Assembly (NCBI RefSeq): GCF_006345805.1
Contig: NC_043010.1
Span: forward strand, 56,234,001 to 56,298,000
DNA: 64,000 bases
Reading direction: 5' to 3'
Source: Octopus sinensis
Taxonomy: Eukaryota
Below the pieces are notes generated by a model that was not told the origin of the DNA, searched no databases, and worked only from the letters and a program-made list of their open reading frames with translations. Positions 1 to 13,429 of this stretch are shown piece after piece. The position numbers and the translations under genes are program-made. How positions within the stretch are numbered: position 1 is the stretch's first letter; each line of letters opens with the position of its first letter.

Positions 1-2507
1 ACGAAGTGTAGTCATCTTGTGGTTTGATGGAGTCGGGCGGCGAAAGGGCAGCGCTGTTCCGGAAAGAGTTAGGGTTAGAGTTAGAGGAGATCTTCCCGAA
101 TCCAGGAGAAAAGTCGGTACTTTTAGATGTGAATGAAAGTGATGCTTTAAGACTAATGGCCGCGTGAACCACAACCGGGACAGGACGAACGGATTACTTT
201 AGCCGTTTAGAAACTTTCTTTTAAACGGTCAAGTGGTGGCTGAGTGAAATTGTATTTTAGATGCACGATAGGATTGGGCGAGTTAACCCATAGGAGAAGG
301 GGTGGGTGCAAAAGCCTCGAAACCCTGCTCGGAAATTTCTAAATGTCTGACAGGTACCGACTGGATTTCTAGAGGTTTTATGGGGCAACCACAATGGGTC
401 ATCCAGTGTTTGTTAGGTTAACAAACAGGGACAGTGTAGGGTGTCCACATTTTCAACTTTTTGACAGGTCGGCTACACAGACCACAAATTTGTGATCTAC
501 ATAATTGACTTAGACAGAACTTATAGAAGCTGGAGACTTCTTTCTCGGCAAACAAAGATTGCAATAGCCTGGATTAGCGAGCTTAGCCAACAACTGGTAG
601 TGGAGTGCTGTGAAGAGAGTAATTAAAGCCGAGTCGAGAGCATTTAGTAAAGAATATTGACAGAGAGAAATAAATTAGAGGAAGGAGTAGTTAGCAAGCT
701 AGGAAGAGATGAGGCTAAGAGAGGCATCGGGACTGGCGTGATGGCGGAAAAAAAATGGCCATTTTTTCAACACGAGCCAAGATTCGAGCGCTAAAACATG
801 AAGGGACGAGAACGTTTGATGGGATGGGTTGACGGAGGCACGAGGCATCAACAATGCTTTAATTTGGTATTTGGTGGACAGGCAGGTGCCACTCGGTTCA
901 AAACAGATGTGTGCGGCTTTCCAGCAGCACTTTGCTCGACTGTTCAGTCGAGCAAAAGGTCAGAGATAATAATGGACTTTCATTCCAACCTCGATGACCT
1001 GATGCAGTTCTCAGTGGAAAATACAAAGTAATATGGAAGGCTAAATGCAGCAACTGAGATACGAGAATGCAATGGCAGCTACGCAAGGGAGAAGTCGCCC
1101 GGTTTGAACTGTCTGCCTTACGAACAAGATGGTCACTCTCGCACGCCAGAAATGGGTTTTAGGTTAATATGCCAGACGTGTTTAGAGACTGCTTGTTAAA
1201 TACCTAACGCAATTGCCAAGAAATTGGAGAATTTTCAGTTTTGTGAGCCGAGGTATGAAAAATGAAAATGTTATAAATACCCCTCCAAAACACAGAGCTC
1301 GAGATTTTAGCTACAAAGAAGCTGACGCTTGTCGATCTGGAAAGCCCAAATGTGCGATCCCCACTAGATCCATCCCTGACAACCTCAACATCATGTGATA
1401 GATCACAGAGAAACAAACCTGGCTTGATGCAGCCCTGATCAGTTTAAAGGAGTTAACAATCGCTACTTGGCATCAGTTCTAAAAGATGCTGATTTCACAC
1501 CCGTTTGAATTGCAAGAATACACAGCAACATCTAATCGCTGGTCAGAGTCAAAGACCACCTCCCGACGGCTTTTTCATATCGAGCGCTCGATATGTCAGG
1601 GTGTTCTCTTCTATATGTGATGTCTCTCGAGCCATTGATACGGATGATGGAGCTACGGAGGGGAATCCCTTTTTGAGTTGGGATGCAGAAGAGCTGTGTC
1701 TACATACGTCAGAAATAGAACTAGTCAACATATTTCTTGAAGAATATGAGAATATGAAGTGATGGTAAGAACAAAGAGAAATCTAGAGAAGTCGGTGAGC
1801 TTTGAGGAAGGTGAGTTCAGGTGTAAGTTCCACTTTAGCCATATATAAAAACTAATTGTGAATCAAAGCAGCAACGTCGTCGAGGAAACTCTGGGCATGG
1901 ACGAGGCCGAACGACCGGGTCTGTTTCGGTGGAGTTTCAGGCCGACAACTATTACGTATGATGGAAGTCCTTGGCCTAAAAGACGGCACTGTCCAAAATA
2001 CGTGTAGGGCGAATCTGGCTAGCGGATGATTCCATTGAGAATGATTTCCCCCACCGTCCCTCTTTAATAAGGCATAAGACAGGACAGGAAATGTTCTTCG
2101 TCTGATGGCTACGAAGAAAGAGGTTATGTACGAGGCAGGACAGATTGAAGACAGATTTTTTTCTCTTCAGTCAAACTCTCGTTGATTTTTACATTTAGAA
2201 AGAAAGATGAGAGTGGAAAGAGAAGTGTTCCTCTCGAGTGAATTAGTTAAAAAGATGATAAACTGGGGTGAAAATAGTTAGGGTGGATAGAAGTACTCTT
2301 AGGTATGCTCTTGTAGAGCGGAGAACAGCGGCAAGAAGACATTTTATTCCTTAGTGGATCTTATAACAGTCATGTATTTGTATAGTTTACGTAAATTTCA
2401 TCTCCGTTCCACCGCATTTTTACTCTCATCAGATTTCTATCTAAATCCACACGTTATAACCAGTCTTAATATGCACTTCATCCAAAGTCCTTCTGGAAAA
2501 TAAAAAA
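1..2507 (+). mobile_element. Degenerate L1/Tx1-clade LINE, ORF2 (APE endonuclease + RT) and 3' UTR; 5' part lies outside the window
   Basis: Manual + strand translation across stops and frameshifts: APE-like AALFRKELG..EIFPNPGEKSVLLDV..LRLMAA..GRTDYFSRLE and VGYTDHKFV (~470-495); RT motifs KSPGLNCLPYE (~1092), QNTELEILA, CAIPTRSIPDNLNIM, AALISL, VMSLEPL; C-terminal RKMRVEREV. Ends in AATAAAAAA followed by (ATC)n. Confidence 0.8.
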
Positions 2508-2508
2508 T

Positions 2509-2531
2509 CATCGTCATCGTCATCATCATCG

Positions 2532-2587
<56 letters not shown>

Positions 2588-2597
2588 GTCATCATTA
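2509..2597. repeat. (ATC)n microsatellite directly after the LINE 3' end
   Basis: Direct reading of the tandem trinucleotide. Confidence 0.95.
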
Positions 2598-2611
2598 TCG
2601 GGTTGATAAAG

Positions 2612-2810
2612 TGTCAGAATCGTTAGAGCGCCGAATAAAATGCTTTACGTTATTTAGTGAAAGATCTTTACGTTCTGGGTTCAAACCCTTCCCAGGTCAA
2701 TTTTGTCTTTCATCTTTTCAGGAGACGATGAAATAAAGAACTGCGGTGATTTCATTAACGAACCCATTCCTCCAAATTTCTGGCCTTTTGCCGAAATTCG
2801 TAACAATTAT
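2612..2810 (+). mobile_element. tRNA-derived SINE family A, diverged copy
   Basis: cagaatcgttag (A-box-like)...gggttcaaacc (B box)...tttcatctttt...ggccttttgcc tail; homologous to copies at 22.0, 41.5 and 56.2-57.0 kb. Confidence 0.7.
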
Positions 2811-3074
2811 TGCTATTGTTACTATTTATAGAAGTGGTATTAGCCATAAGTACATCGTTATGTATGAGTTATGGTTCTTACTACCTCCTCCCTACCATGC
2901 CCACCTCTTATGTTCTGTCATACAAGTATTACTCTCACTACACGCCCCCCCCACCCGGACACTGCCTTCTTCCACAATCATCCCCCCATCACACCTTATG
3001 GAAGATGAATGTTTTGTAATGTTTATGAGAAAGTTAGGATTGCCGTAACACCTCCATTTTATTTTATAGTGAGA

Positions 3075-3090
3075 CAGCGCCACCTGGTGG
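3075..3090 (-). promoter_or_regulatory. CTCF-like motif CCACCAGGTGGCGCTG
   Basis: Reverse complement matches the bilaterian CTCF core CCASYAGRKGGCRS; a second similar site lies at 3971-3987 in the same orientation. Confidence 0.4.
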
Positions 3091-3548
3091 TGGCGGTTTT
3101 GTGTGGTGGTGGTGGTGGTGGTGATGGGGTCGTATTAATGGTAATCTTTATATAGAGTCGGTTTTCGATTCGTATTCTTACATATACACATAGACATTCC
3201 TACATACATAATGCACTTTTTATATACCCTCCATACACTCACACGCACACACGCATATAGACGCATGTTTTTCCTACATACACACGTGGATGGGTTAAAA
3301 ACACAGAAAATGACGGGGGAGGGACTATATTGATACATACACACACACAAACACACACATACACACATACACACACACACATACACACACACAACACAAG
3401 AAGAACAGTAAAAAACAATGTGTTTACAAAACCGCAAAGAAATAAAGTTAATGATAAAAGAGAGAATGTGGGTTGGGATACAGTTATCTCAAGACAAACA
3501 GACAGATAAATAGATAGAGGTAGGGACAAATAGAGATAGAAAGGACAG

Positions 3549-4479
<931 letters not shown>

Positions 4480-4693
4480 GTCTATATATCATGGTATGTT
4501 TGCCACTTTTTTCATTCTCTATCTCTAGGACTGAAGCCTATTTATCATGATATTCAGTAATAGAGAGCGGGAGTCCTATACTCCTGGGTTGACATAGCCG
4601 TATTAAGTCAGCGATTATTAATCACTTCATCAATGAGAATTTTCATTATTGCATCCGCTGCTACAAACCACATCAGGTCATCAGGTGCTGTTC

Positions 4694-4739
<46 letters not shown>

Positions 4740-4828
4740 GGGCTACTTCATTCTTTTTGCACAGTACATATCTATTATAGTGAGACGTGACAAGCGGTGG
4801 CTTTAAAGTTTTGGTTTGCTGGCCTTCG

Positions 4829-4877
<49 letters not shown>

Positions 4878-4879
4878 CG

Positions 4880-5042
4880 CGCGTCTGTGTCTGTCTCCCC
4901 AACATCGCTTGACAACCGACACTGGTGCGTTTACGTCCCGTAACCTAGCGGTTCGGCAAAAAAGCCGATAGAAAAAGTACTAGGCTTACAAAGAATTAGT
5001 CCTGGGTCGATCTACTTGACTAAAGGAGGTGCTCCAGCAACA
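4880..5042 (+). mobile_element. SINE family B, 3' half (after its internal microsatellite)
   Basis: catcgcttgacaaccg...gttcggcaaaa...ccgatagaa..agtactaggcttacaaagaat...ggtgctccagca, matching the full copy at 9314-9700. Confidence 0.75.
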
Positions 5043-5097
5043 CTCACAACCCCACGGATACACGTATATACACCCACATACGCTTACACACACATAC

Positions 5098-5135
<38 letters not shown>

Positions 5136-5219
5136 GCGCGTGTTATCATTGCACACATACACACACACACGCACACGCAGACCTGCGCGCACGCACATAT
5201 CCACACTTACACACACATA

Positions 5220-5496
5220 CTTCCTCTTGCACTCTTCTGTCTTCGAAAGAACTTTTCTTCACCCATTCCCTTCCGGTCATTCAAAATGTGACCGCGTGTG
5301 TACCGTTGGCGATTTTTTTTCCTCCGTCTTCCCTTCTCTGGATCTTTCCTTTTCCTGTGTTTCTGACGAAGAGCTCCGCTCGAAACGTTAAACCTTCCTT
5401 CCCTTCCTTCCTGAGCGTCCAATAATATTATTATATTTGTTCCACGTCCTCGCGTTGTCGTGTTTTCTCTTTGTGTTTTCATGTTTGGATTAACTA
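5220..5496 (+). mobile_element. Penelope-like terminal (pLTR-type) non-coding unit carrying a hammerhead motif
   Basis: Pyrimidine-rich unit between (CA)n and (TG)n tracts containing the minimal hammerhead at 5359-5393. Confidence 0.55.
5359..5393 (+). ncRNA. Minimal type I hammerhead ribozyme motif
   Basis: Stem I GTTT/AAAC; core CTGACGA plus one extra A; stem II GAGC-tcc-GCTC; GAAA; palindromic stem III A-CG-T; predicted cleavage after 5389. Confidence 0.75.
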
Positions 5497-5503
5497 TGTG
5501 TGT

Positions 5504-5556
<53 letters not shown>

Positions 5557-5691
5557 AAAAAGAACACAATGACGCAATCCACTCTGCCAGAAATTTGGAA
5601 CGACGTGCTGTACTGCTTGGCATACATGCCAGAGCCTCCAATGCGAACATTTGAGAGTGTTTGGGGGTCAGTCTGAGGACAGTGCAATCTG

Positions 5692-6173
5692 AGAACATGT
5701 ACCGAGAGTGATAATAATCAAATGTTCAGTCAACATCATGGTGTTTGGAGTGATCACTAGTGATGGTGACGTTATGCCTCCATCTTCCCACACGGAGACC
5801 TACATCAAGTACCTGGAGGAGGTAGTGCTACCCTGGGTTAAGTGGGTGTCTGCTGGAAGATCCTACGTCTAGCACCATGCCACACAAACAAGAGAACCCA
5901 GTCATGGCTGTCAGACAATTTCTACAATCACATCACACCTAACTCCCCAGACTGTAATCCTCCTGATTATTATGTGTGGGGCGCATTCACCAACTAAACA
6001 AGGAGACTGTCTAGAAGGGTTGCAGGAGATTCCGAACTTGTCTGGTGGCCGTGGTTGAAGCCAATGGCGATTTTATTGGATAAATTTACTCTTTAGTATT
6101 TCAAGATATTTTTATGTAATTTGGGGAAATATATCTATCAAAATGCGTAATTTAAATAACAATTTATTCACCG

Positions 6174-6176
<3 letters not shown>
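5692..6176 (+). mobile_element. Tc1/mariner (maT/DD37D-like) transposase fragment, 3' part
   Basis: Translation: NIMVFGVITSDGDVMPP, YIKYLEEVVLPWVK, APCHTNKRTQSWLSDNF, PNSPDCNPPDYYVWG; stops and frameshifts present. Confidence 0.8.
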
Positions 6177-6238
<62 letters not shown>

Positions 6239-6567
6239 AACAATGATAATCCGTGGATGGAATTTAAAATATTTCTAAATTCCATCCAAGGATTATCATT
6301 GTTATTGCTATACTCTTCCTCCATTATATATCGGCACAGCTCGGTGCAACCCCCGCAAATACTAGTTGTCACCAGTTGGCATCATTAGACTGTAGCCGGC
6401 CATAATAATACAACCGAGGCTTTTAGATGGACATTCAAACGTCTCTCGTAAATGAACTTAAAGTGTATACATATATATATATATATACATCCACATATAT
6501 AATATATGTGAGTGTGTGTTTGCGCGCGTGTGAATTCGTATATATGCGCCTATATAAATGTATGTAT

Positions 6568-6624
<57 letters not shown>

Positions 6625-6629
6625 CAGAC

Positions 6630-6662
<33 letters not shown>

Positions 6663-6757
6663 TGTATGATACGTCTACGTTTGTGTAGGACTCGAACTTT
6701 CCTGATGCCCTGAATATTAAATTTTTTGGATTCTAACGATTCCTACGACTAATTTAA

Positions 6758-6815
<58 letters not shown>

Positions 6816-6928
6816 TGTGTGGTGTGTGTGTGTGTGTGTGTGTGTGCACCAAGTTAGTCCGGTATTAGCCGCACAGTTCGAGGTAAGGTGAATAAAATCA
6901 AAATAAGCAACAAGATATCAATTAGTAA

Positions 6929-7014
6929 TGCAGTACGACCGTTTCAAGTGGCGCCATTTAATTGAACAATACAATCATTACATCAATTTAAATACAATGC
7001 TATCTTCAGGTGCA
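6929..7014 (-). ncRNA. Type I hammerhead motif (left arm, long stem II insert)
   Basis: Minus strand: tgcac CTGAAGA tagc...actt GAAA cggtcg TA ctgca. Core intact, one stem I mismatch, weakened stem II. Confidence 0.6.
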
Positions 7015-7131
7015 GAAATAAATATATGGAATTTTAACAAGTAGGTCACATTAATATAATTTTTCTTGAATATTGTAACAGAAAAATTATATTAATGTGA
7101 CCTACTTGTTAAAATTCCATTTATTTATTTG

Positions 7132-7217
7132 TGCAGCTGAAGATAGCATTGAATTTTAATTGATGTTACGATTGCATTGTTCAATTCAATGGAGCCGCTT
7201 AAAACGGTCGTACTGCA
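7132..7217 (+). ncRNA. Type I hammerhead motif (right arm; G12->A, likely inactive)
   Basis: tgcag CTGAAGA tagc...gctt AAAA cggtcg TA ctgca. Perfect stem I TGCAG/CTGCA, but GAAA is mutated to AAAA. Confidence 0.55.
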
Positions 7218-7298
7218 TTAGTACTTGATATTCTGTTGCTTATTTTGATTTATATATATATATATATATATATATACATACACATACACATATCTTTT

Positions 7299-7590
7299 TA
7301 TTAAAGGCGAAAACATCACATATCTGTTACTCATAGTTTCATGTCAGTGTTCAGCAGACACTTGTGGTAATACCCGATGATTAAATTGTGCGAGTATATA
7401 GAGTCCAAAGACTACATTCTATTATGTAAAGTTACATTATTTAATTATTCTGTATTATCACAACTGTCTTATTAGCGCTCACGTGAAACTGTGACTAACA
7501 GGTTTTTTTTTTTTTTCGGCTTTAATAGTATATTACTCTACCTTTGGTATTCGAGTACTACTTTCCCCACCTTGTGCTTACTTATGCATA
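7299..7590. mobile_element. Second, older fold-back unit (inverted arms ~7299-7373 / 7452-7527) with decayed hammerheads and a right-hand extension
   Basis: Left arm reverse complement: gtgt ctgctga aca ctga cat gaaa ctatgag ta acag. Right arm: ctgt cttatta gcg ctca cgt gaaa ctgtgac ta acag. Their consensus is a canonical hammerhead. Confidence 0.6.
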
Positions 7591-8760
7591 TGTATGTACG
7601 CAACTTAATGTTTACATGCAATTATTTATAGCTTTATGCATGCTAGGATTTATAAATTTCTTGGCACATATATACATACATGCATACATACACACACTCT
7701 CTCAAACACACACACACACACACACACACATAGACAATGTGAGACAGAATTGATAATCTTTAAAAGAAGTTGCCAATGACATTTATCTCCCGCAGGTCCT
7801 TACATCGACAGCGTATAGATTTAATTCCTGCACACAAAATGAAGGGGCTTCATTTTTTTTTTTTCTGTCTCTCAACAGTACGACATGAATATCTGGGGGC
7901 AGTGTTTACTCCGTATTGAACGCTCTGTCTCACTGTTTGATTAGAAACAGAAGTATAGAAGCGGAAAGAGAGATTAGCCCTCAGTGTCTTTAAGAGTTTG
8001 TTGTTCTACTCTGATTGAACCCCTTTTTTTTTCCTGGAGCCCCCTACTGTCATTTCCAATGTAGTTTCTCCTCAGTTTATCTTTTCCCAGACTACTGTGA
8101 GGTTAATATCATCCGTAAACCTTAAATTATAACCTAAGCAGCGCTTTGGCGATGCAAGTATGAAATTGAAGGTCTCTGTCAGGGCGTTCTCCAATTGAAC
8201 AGGAGATGGTAAGGGGAAAGATGAGGTTGTAAAGTCAGGGAAGGAGAGAAATGGAGAGAAAGCGGGAAGGGGAGGGTGTCACTAGCTGAATCTGTAAAGG
8301 ATTTATCGATTGGTTGAGTTTGTGAAGGGTTTATCGATTAGTTGGGTGAAGAATTTGTCAATGTTGAAAACGGCCGTCTCTTGGCACAAGTCGTCCTATT
8401 AGGTAGAGAGTGACAATTCAGGTTAAAGTTACGGATGAAGACATCTCTACAAATAAAGGAAGGAAGCAGGGTTGTAACAACAATTTCAGGTTGAGCATTC
8501 ACACACACACGCACGCACACGCACACGCACACAAACACATATAAACATGCGCACACATATTCACGCACACGCCAACACACCCTCATACACACACCTTCAC
8601 ACACACACACACACACATATTCTGTTCGTTTTCAATCCTACCCAAACTCTAAAATGATTATCTTCAAGTTTTCTAACTTTAAGAATATTTGCGAGCGCAA
8701 AGAATACGTTCACATTAACATACACAGACAGAAATATGTAAATGTAGGTGTGTGGGGAGA

Positions 8761-8828
<68 letters not shown>

Positions 8829-8959
8829 TGAGGGAAAGTAGAATGTTACGTGTGCGTGAGGGGGATGGGATGTCACAGATCGATAAGATTGACCTAATTG
8901 GTGTATCTTGGCAACGGCCCAGCCTAACCTAAGACTGAAACTGAGTTAGATTGAATGTG

Positions 8960-9052
8960 ACATTTACTGCTGACCTCTGACCTCTCACATTTACTGCTGA
9001 CATCTGGGACAACGGAAGTGAACCGTGAAGTGGATTGTTTCACTGATTGGTT
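8960..9052. promoter_or_regulatory. Candidate cis-regulatory cluster: perfect DR1 (TGACCT-C-TGACCT, 8971-8983), ETS CGGAAGT, inverted CCAAT
   Basis: Motifs read directly in non-repetitive sequence; function unproven. Confidence 0.3.
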
Positions 9053-9313
9053 AATGACAAGCTTGCTGCTCCAGTGCCTGACGTTGACGATGACGACGAT
9101 GATGATGATGAGGAGGAGGAGGAGGAGGAGGAGGAGGAAAGGGTGATGATGACGGTAGTGGTGATGACGGTTATGGTTGTCAATTGTGGTTTGTGGTGAA
9201 TGATAAACAAGGTGATGGGTAGGGGTGGTGAACTACTACTACTACTACTACAAATACAAATACAAAAAGAACAGTAATAACAACTCCAATAGCAACTACA
9301 TAAACAATATACA

Positions 9314-9697
9314 GGCGCAGGAGTGGCTGTGTGGTAAGTAGCTTGCTAACCAACCGCGTGGTTCAGGGTTCAGTCCCACTGCGTGGCATCTTGGGCAAGT
9401 GTCTTCTCCTATAGCCCCGAGCCGACTAATGCCTTGTGAGTGGATTTGGTAGACGGAAACTGAATGAAGCCTGTCGTATATATGTATATATATATATATG
9501 TGTGGGGGGGGGATTGTGTGTCTGTGTTTGTCCCCCTAGCATTGCTTGACAACCGATGCTGGCAAAAGAGACCGATAGAATAAGTACTGGGCTTACAAAG
9601 AATAAGTCCCGGGGTCGATTTGATCGACTAAAGGCGATGCTCCAGCATGGCCGCAGTCAAATGACTGAAACAAGTAAAAGAGTAAAAGAGAAAAGAG

Positions 9698-9700
<3 letters not shown>
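9314..9700 (+). mobile_element. tRNA-derived SINE family B, near full length, with internal (TA)/(TG) tract
   Basis: Head ggcgcaggagtggctgtgtggtaag (A box)...gggttcagtccc (B box); body gggcaagtgtcttct; 3' stem-loop cagtc-aaat-gactg; (agtaaaag)n tail. Confidence 0.85.
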
Positions 9701-9747
<47 letters not shown>

Positions 9748-10306
9748 ACAGCGAGAGAAGGAAAGAGAGAGAGAGAGAGTTTCTCACCAGTATTGATATA
9801 ACTGTATACATATATTTTTAGTCTCAGTTTTAATTCTCTCTCTCTCACTCTCTCTCTCACTCTCTCTCTCTCACTCTCTCTCTCTCACTCTCTCTCTCTC
9901 ACTCTCTCTCTCTCCCTCTCTCTCTGTTTCATACGTGCCCGCGCGCGCATGTGTGTGTGTGTGTGTTAAAAGCAATATATGGCAGTAAGAGAGATATGCA
10001 AGCTTGTAGGTTAATCTTACGAGCTTTTTTTTTAGTGTTTGAAAAAGTAGGGGGGGCAAACTCTGCAAATGTTTCGATCTCATTCAATTTTCTCAGTGCT
10101 ACTGACAGCTTGTTAATGAATAGAAATGTTTTTCCTGCCACGTTTTGTTAATTTTTTTAAGATTCCCGCCCTTAAATATGTCAACATTATCTTGACTATT
10201 GCTGCTTCATCCAGGTAGCTCTCACGAGCAGCTTCATTCGTTGGACACTTCTAACATCTATTGCTTGATCTACACATATACAAACATAGAATATGCAAAA
10301 ATATTA

Positions 10307-10374
<68 letters not shown>

Positions 10375-11779
10375 GCATTATACATACCTTTGACTTTGAA
10401 AATGTTTAAAGTGTATGGACATCTACGCACACAGATTACACGACGACATAGTCTATATAACGTGTGCGTGTGTGTGTGTCGCAAGTTTCTCCTGTTGACC
10501 AAATTCTCTGACAAATCTCAGATTAACCGAGGTCAACGGTTAAAGACACTTGCCCATGGGGCCCAGGCTGTGGGACTGAACGCCAAACTAGGTGATTCTG
10601 AAGAGAACTTCGTAATTAAACAACCACTATATAAATACATACATACATACATGCATACACATGTGTGTGTGTGTGTGTGTGTGTGTGAAACATTGGTGTC
10701 GACATCCACTCCTATGTTCAAATCAAATATTTAAGTACGCTTAGAAATATGCCTCCACACATCGATATACATGTTTACACACGTTAAATGCATGGATAAT
10801 ATACACACTTCCACAAATACAGATGTAGGTTCATGTGGCAACACATGCACCCAATTGACACCTTACACATGTATAAGCCTTCTGTTCATATATTGCCATA
10901 CATACACGAATACACAACCGCACATACACTAATCTACATGTACAAATAGACACATAATTGTACACACTTTGTTACACACGCGCGAATGCACACACACATA
11001 CTCACACATACACACCAAGGCATGTAATCACAGACATATCAGTTGGTGAAAAACACATTTAAGCACGCAAGCAAACACATACAGACTCTTCTATACACAG
11101 ACACATAGAAAGATTCACGCAGAAAAAAGAACGCATACACAACCACAGACATCAGGCAGATACATACACATACACGTACACACATATAGACATACACACA
11201 CATGTATGTACAGGCACAGACGTAGGTCTACTCATACTCATACGCAAACACACACACACACATATATATATATATGTACACACGCACACAGACACAAAAG
11301 TACACACATACACAGAGTGGGGAGGTAACTGAGGTGGGGGTGGAGATATAGAGGTTCCAGAAAGACATGTGTATGAGTGTGTGTTGGTGTGTTGTATGAT
11401 GAGAAAAATAGCGTCTCACTGCTTATTAACGAGATTTACGTACGAGAAACACGTCCAGAGTATAATAGCAGGCGATAACGAGGCTATAAAACATTGTTAC
11501 GGCCTAAGATGGCGGCATAACTTAGCGTTAAAAAATTTATTGAGGCACAAGAAACTGTCTTAATTGTAAGGGTAGACGAGGTTTGGGAAAGGGGGGGGGA
11601 GAATTATAGGGTTATGGATGTGGTTGTGTAGCTATGTGTGTGTGTGTGTGCGCGTATGCCTATTTCTGTATGATTGTATGCGTGTAACTGTGTGTATGTA
11701 CATATAAACGTACGCACGTGTGTGTCGGGTAAGATGGTTAGATAGAGGGATATGCAACATCAACGCAAGCATGGGAGTA

Positions 11780-11810
<31 letters not shown>

Positions 11811-12019
11811 GTGTGTGTGCGTTTGCGTAAATACGAATATACACAAACGTCTATATGAAAGAGAGTCAAAAATAATTGGATATAAACGACGAGAGAGTTT
11901 AACTGTGTCTCTTGTAAGAAGAATGTAAGATTTACTGTATTAACTGTGGTGAGAAGTTGGGTGTGAGGTGACCGGGCATTATGGATAAGACAAAAATATA
12001 AACCTATTTTTACTGACCC

Positions 12020-12068
<49 letters not shown>

Positions 12069-13319
12069 CTCCCTCTCTCTCTCTCTCTCTCTCTTTCCCT
12101 CACTGTAATACACACCGAGGTCTCACGGGTTTTATAAAAAGCTTCTTGTTAACACAGAACACTCGGAGATGTTTTAATGTCTTCTCAGACCGATATCCAG
12201 CATATGTGTCCCTTAGGGTGGTGAGAATACATGTTTGATCAGGGAATATATGTATATGCGTGTATACATATACGTGTGCATGAATGTGCGAGTGGGGGGG
12301 GGGGTAAATCTTTTATACAAAGGACAGCTGTCCCAACCCTTGTACGTCGTTACGAAGATCCTTCTCACTAACGTAATATTAGTTCCAAACACTGGAGCAA
12401 GACTAGAAATACTTGAAGAGAGGGAGAGAGAGAGGGAGAGAGAGAGAGAGAGAGAGAGAAATCAGTCGAACTAAATGGTTCCTAGTAGTTAACTGGTACT
12501 TTATTTTAGCAACCCAAGATGGATGAAAAATGGAGCCATTCTTGACATGATTTGACAATGTGTCCAGATTTCTTGCAATGAAGAATTGTAAAATAGCCAG
12601 ATCACATGCTTAAACAACATGGGTGGATCAGTGATACCCGGATTACTCACATAAACAATCTATGTGAGTTTTTCTGTTTGTCGTCATATTTGATATTAAA
12701 TGTGTTTATCGCATTTGTAATATCCTGAAATATCTCATTGCCTTTGTAGACGACCAATGACGGATTCTGAATTAGTTCATCATTGTCTCGACGGGAAAGT
12801 GGCAGAATATTCCGCAGTCAGTGTGACGAAGTTGGACCATTGGATTAAATATTACAGTCCATCCAATAGGCTTCCTCATAGTTTCCCTCACAAGGATTGG
12901 GTCGAGGACATCTGCCAAACACACCTCGAGACATCATACTGACCAGGCGAACTTCACTACCAGCTCATGCTTCCGATACGAAACCCATAAATAGTATGAC
13001 TATACACGTATTAACATGCCAACGTGCAAACGTGCACATATGCATAAATCCAAACATGCAAACATATAATGGTATGCATTCATGCAAACACACACACACA
13101 CACACACATACAAACACACTCATACAATCTTACGCACACAAACACAACCATACACACACAATCATTCACACACGCACACTCACACAAAATCTCACGACAG
13201 GCTTTTGTTTCTTTGTTAGAAACAGGTTCCCTCCTTGTAGGAAGAACTCACAAAAGAAACACACATGTAAATATATAAATATACACAAACATATACGTAA
13301 AACATACATGCATACGCAT

Positions 13320-13368
<49 letters not shown>

Positions 13369-13429
13369 ACACACACACGTAAAATATACATATTCGCATG
13401 CATTTGCACCCAAACACACTTTCCATTGT

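Larger units (their letters stand above)
6847..7251. mobile_element. Fold-back Penelope-like unit: ~172-bp imperfect inverted repeat (6895-7066 / 7080-7251, 13-nt spacer) plus a 48-bp extension on the left
   Basis: Arms are reverse complements with scattered substitutions; flanked by (TG)n and (TA)n; each arm has a hammerhead motif. Confidence 0.75.

Noticed and set aside
150-200. Minus-strand CPGCGSRGH zinc-knuckle-like peptide
   Set aside because: It is antisense to the + strand LINE endonuclease region and ends in a stop; coincidental.
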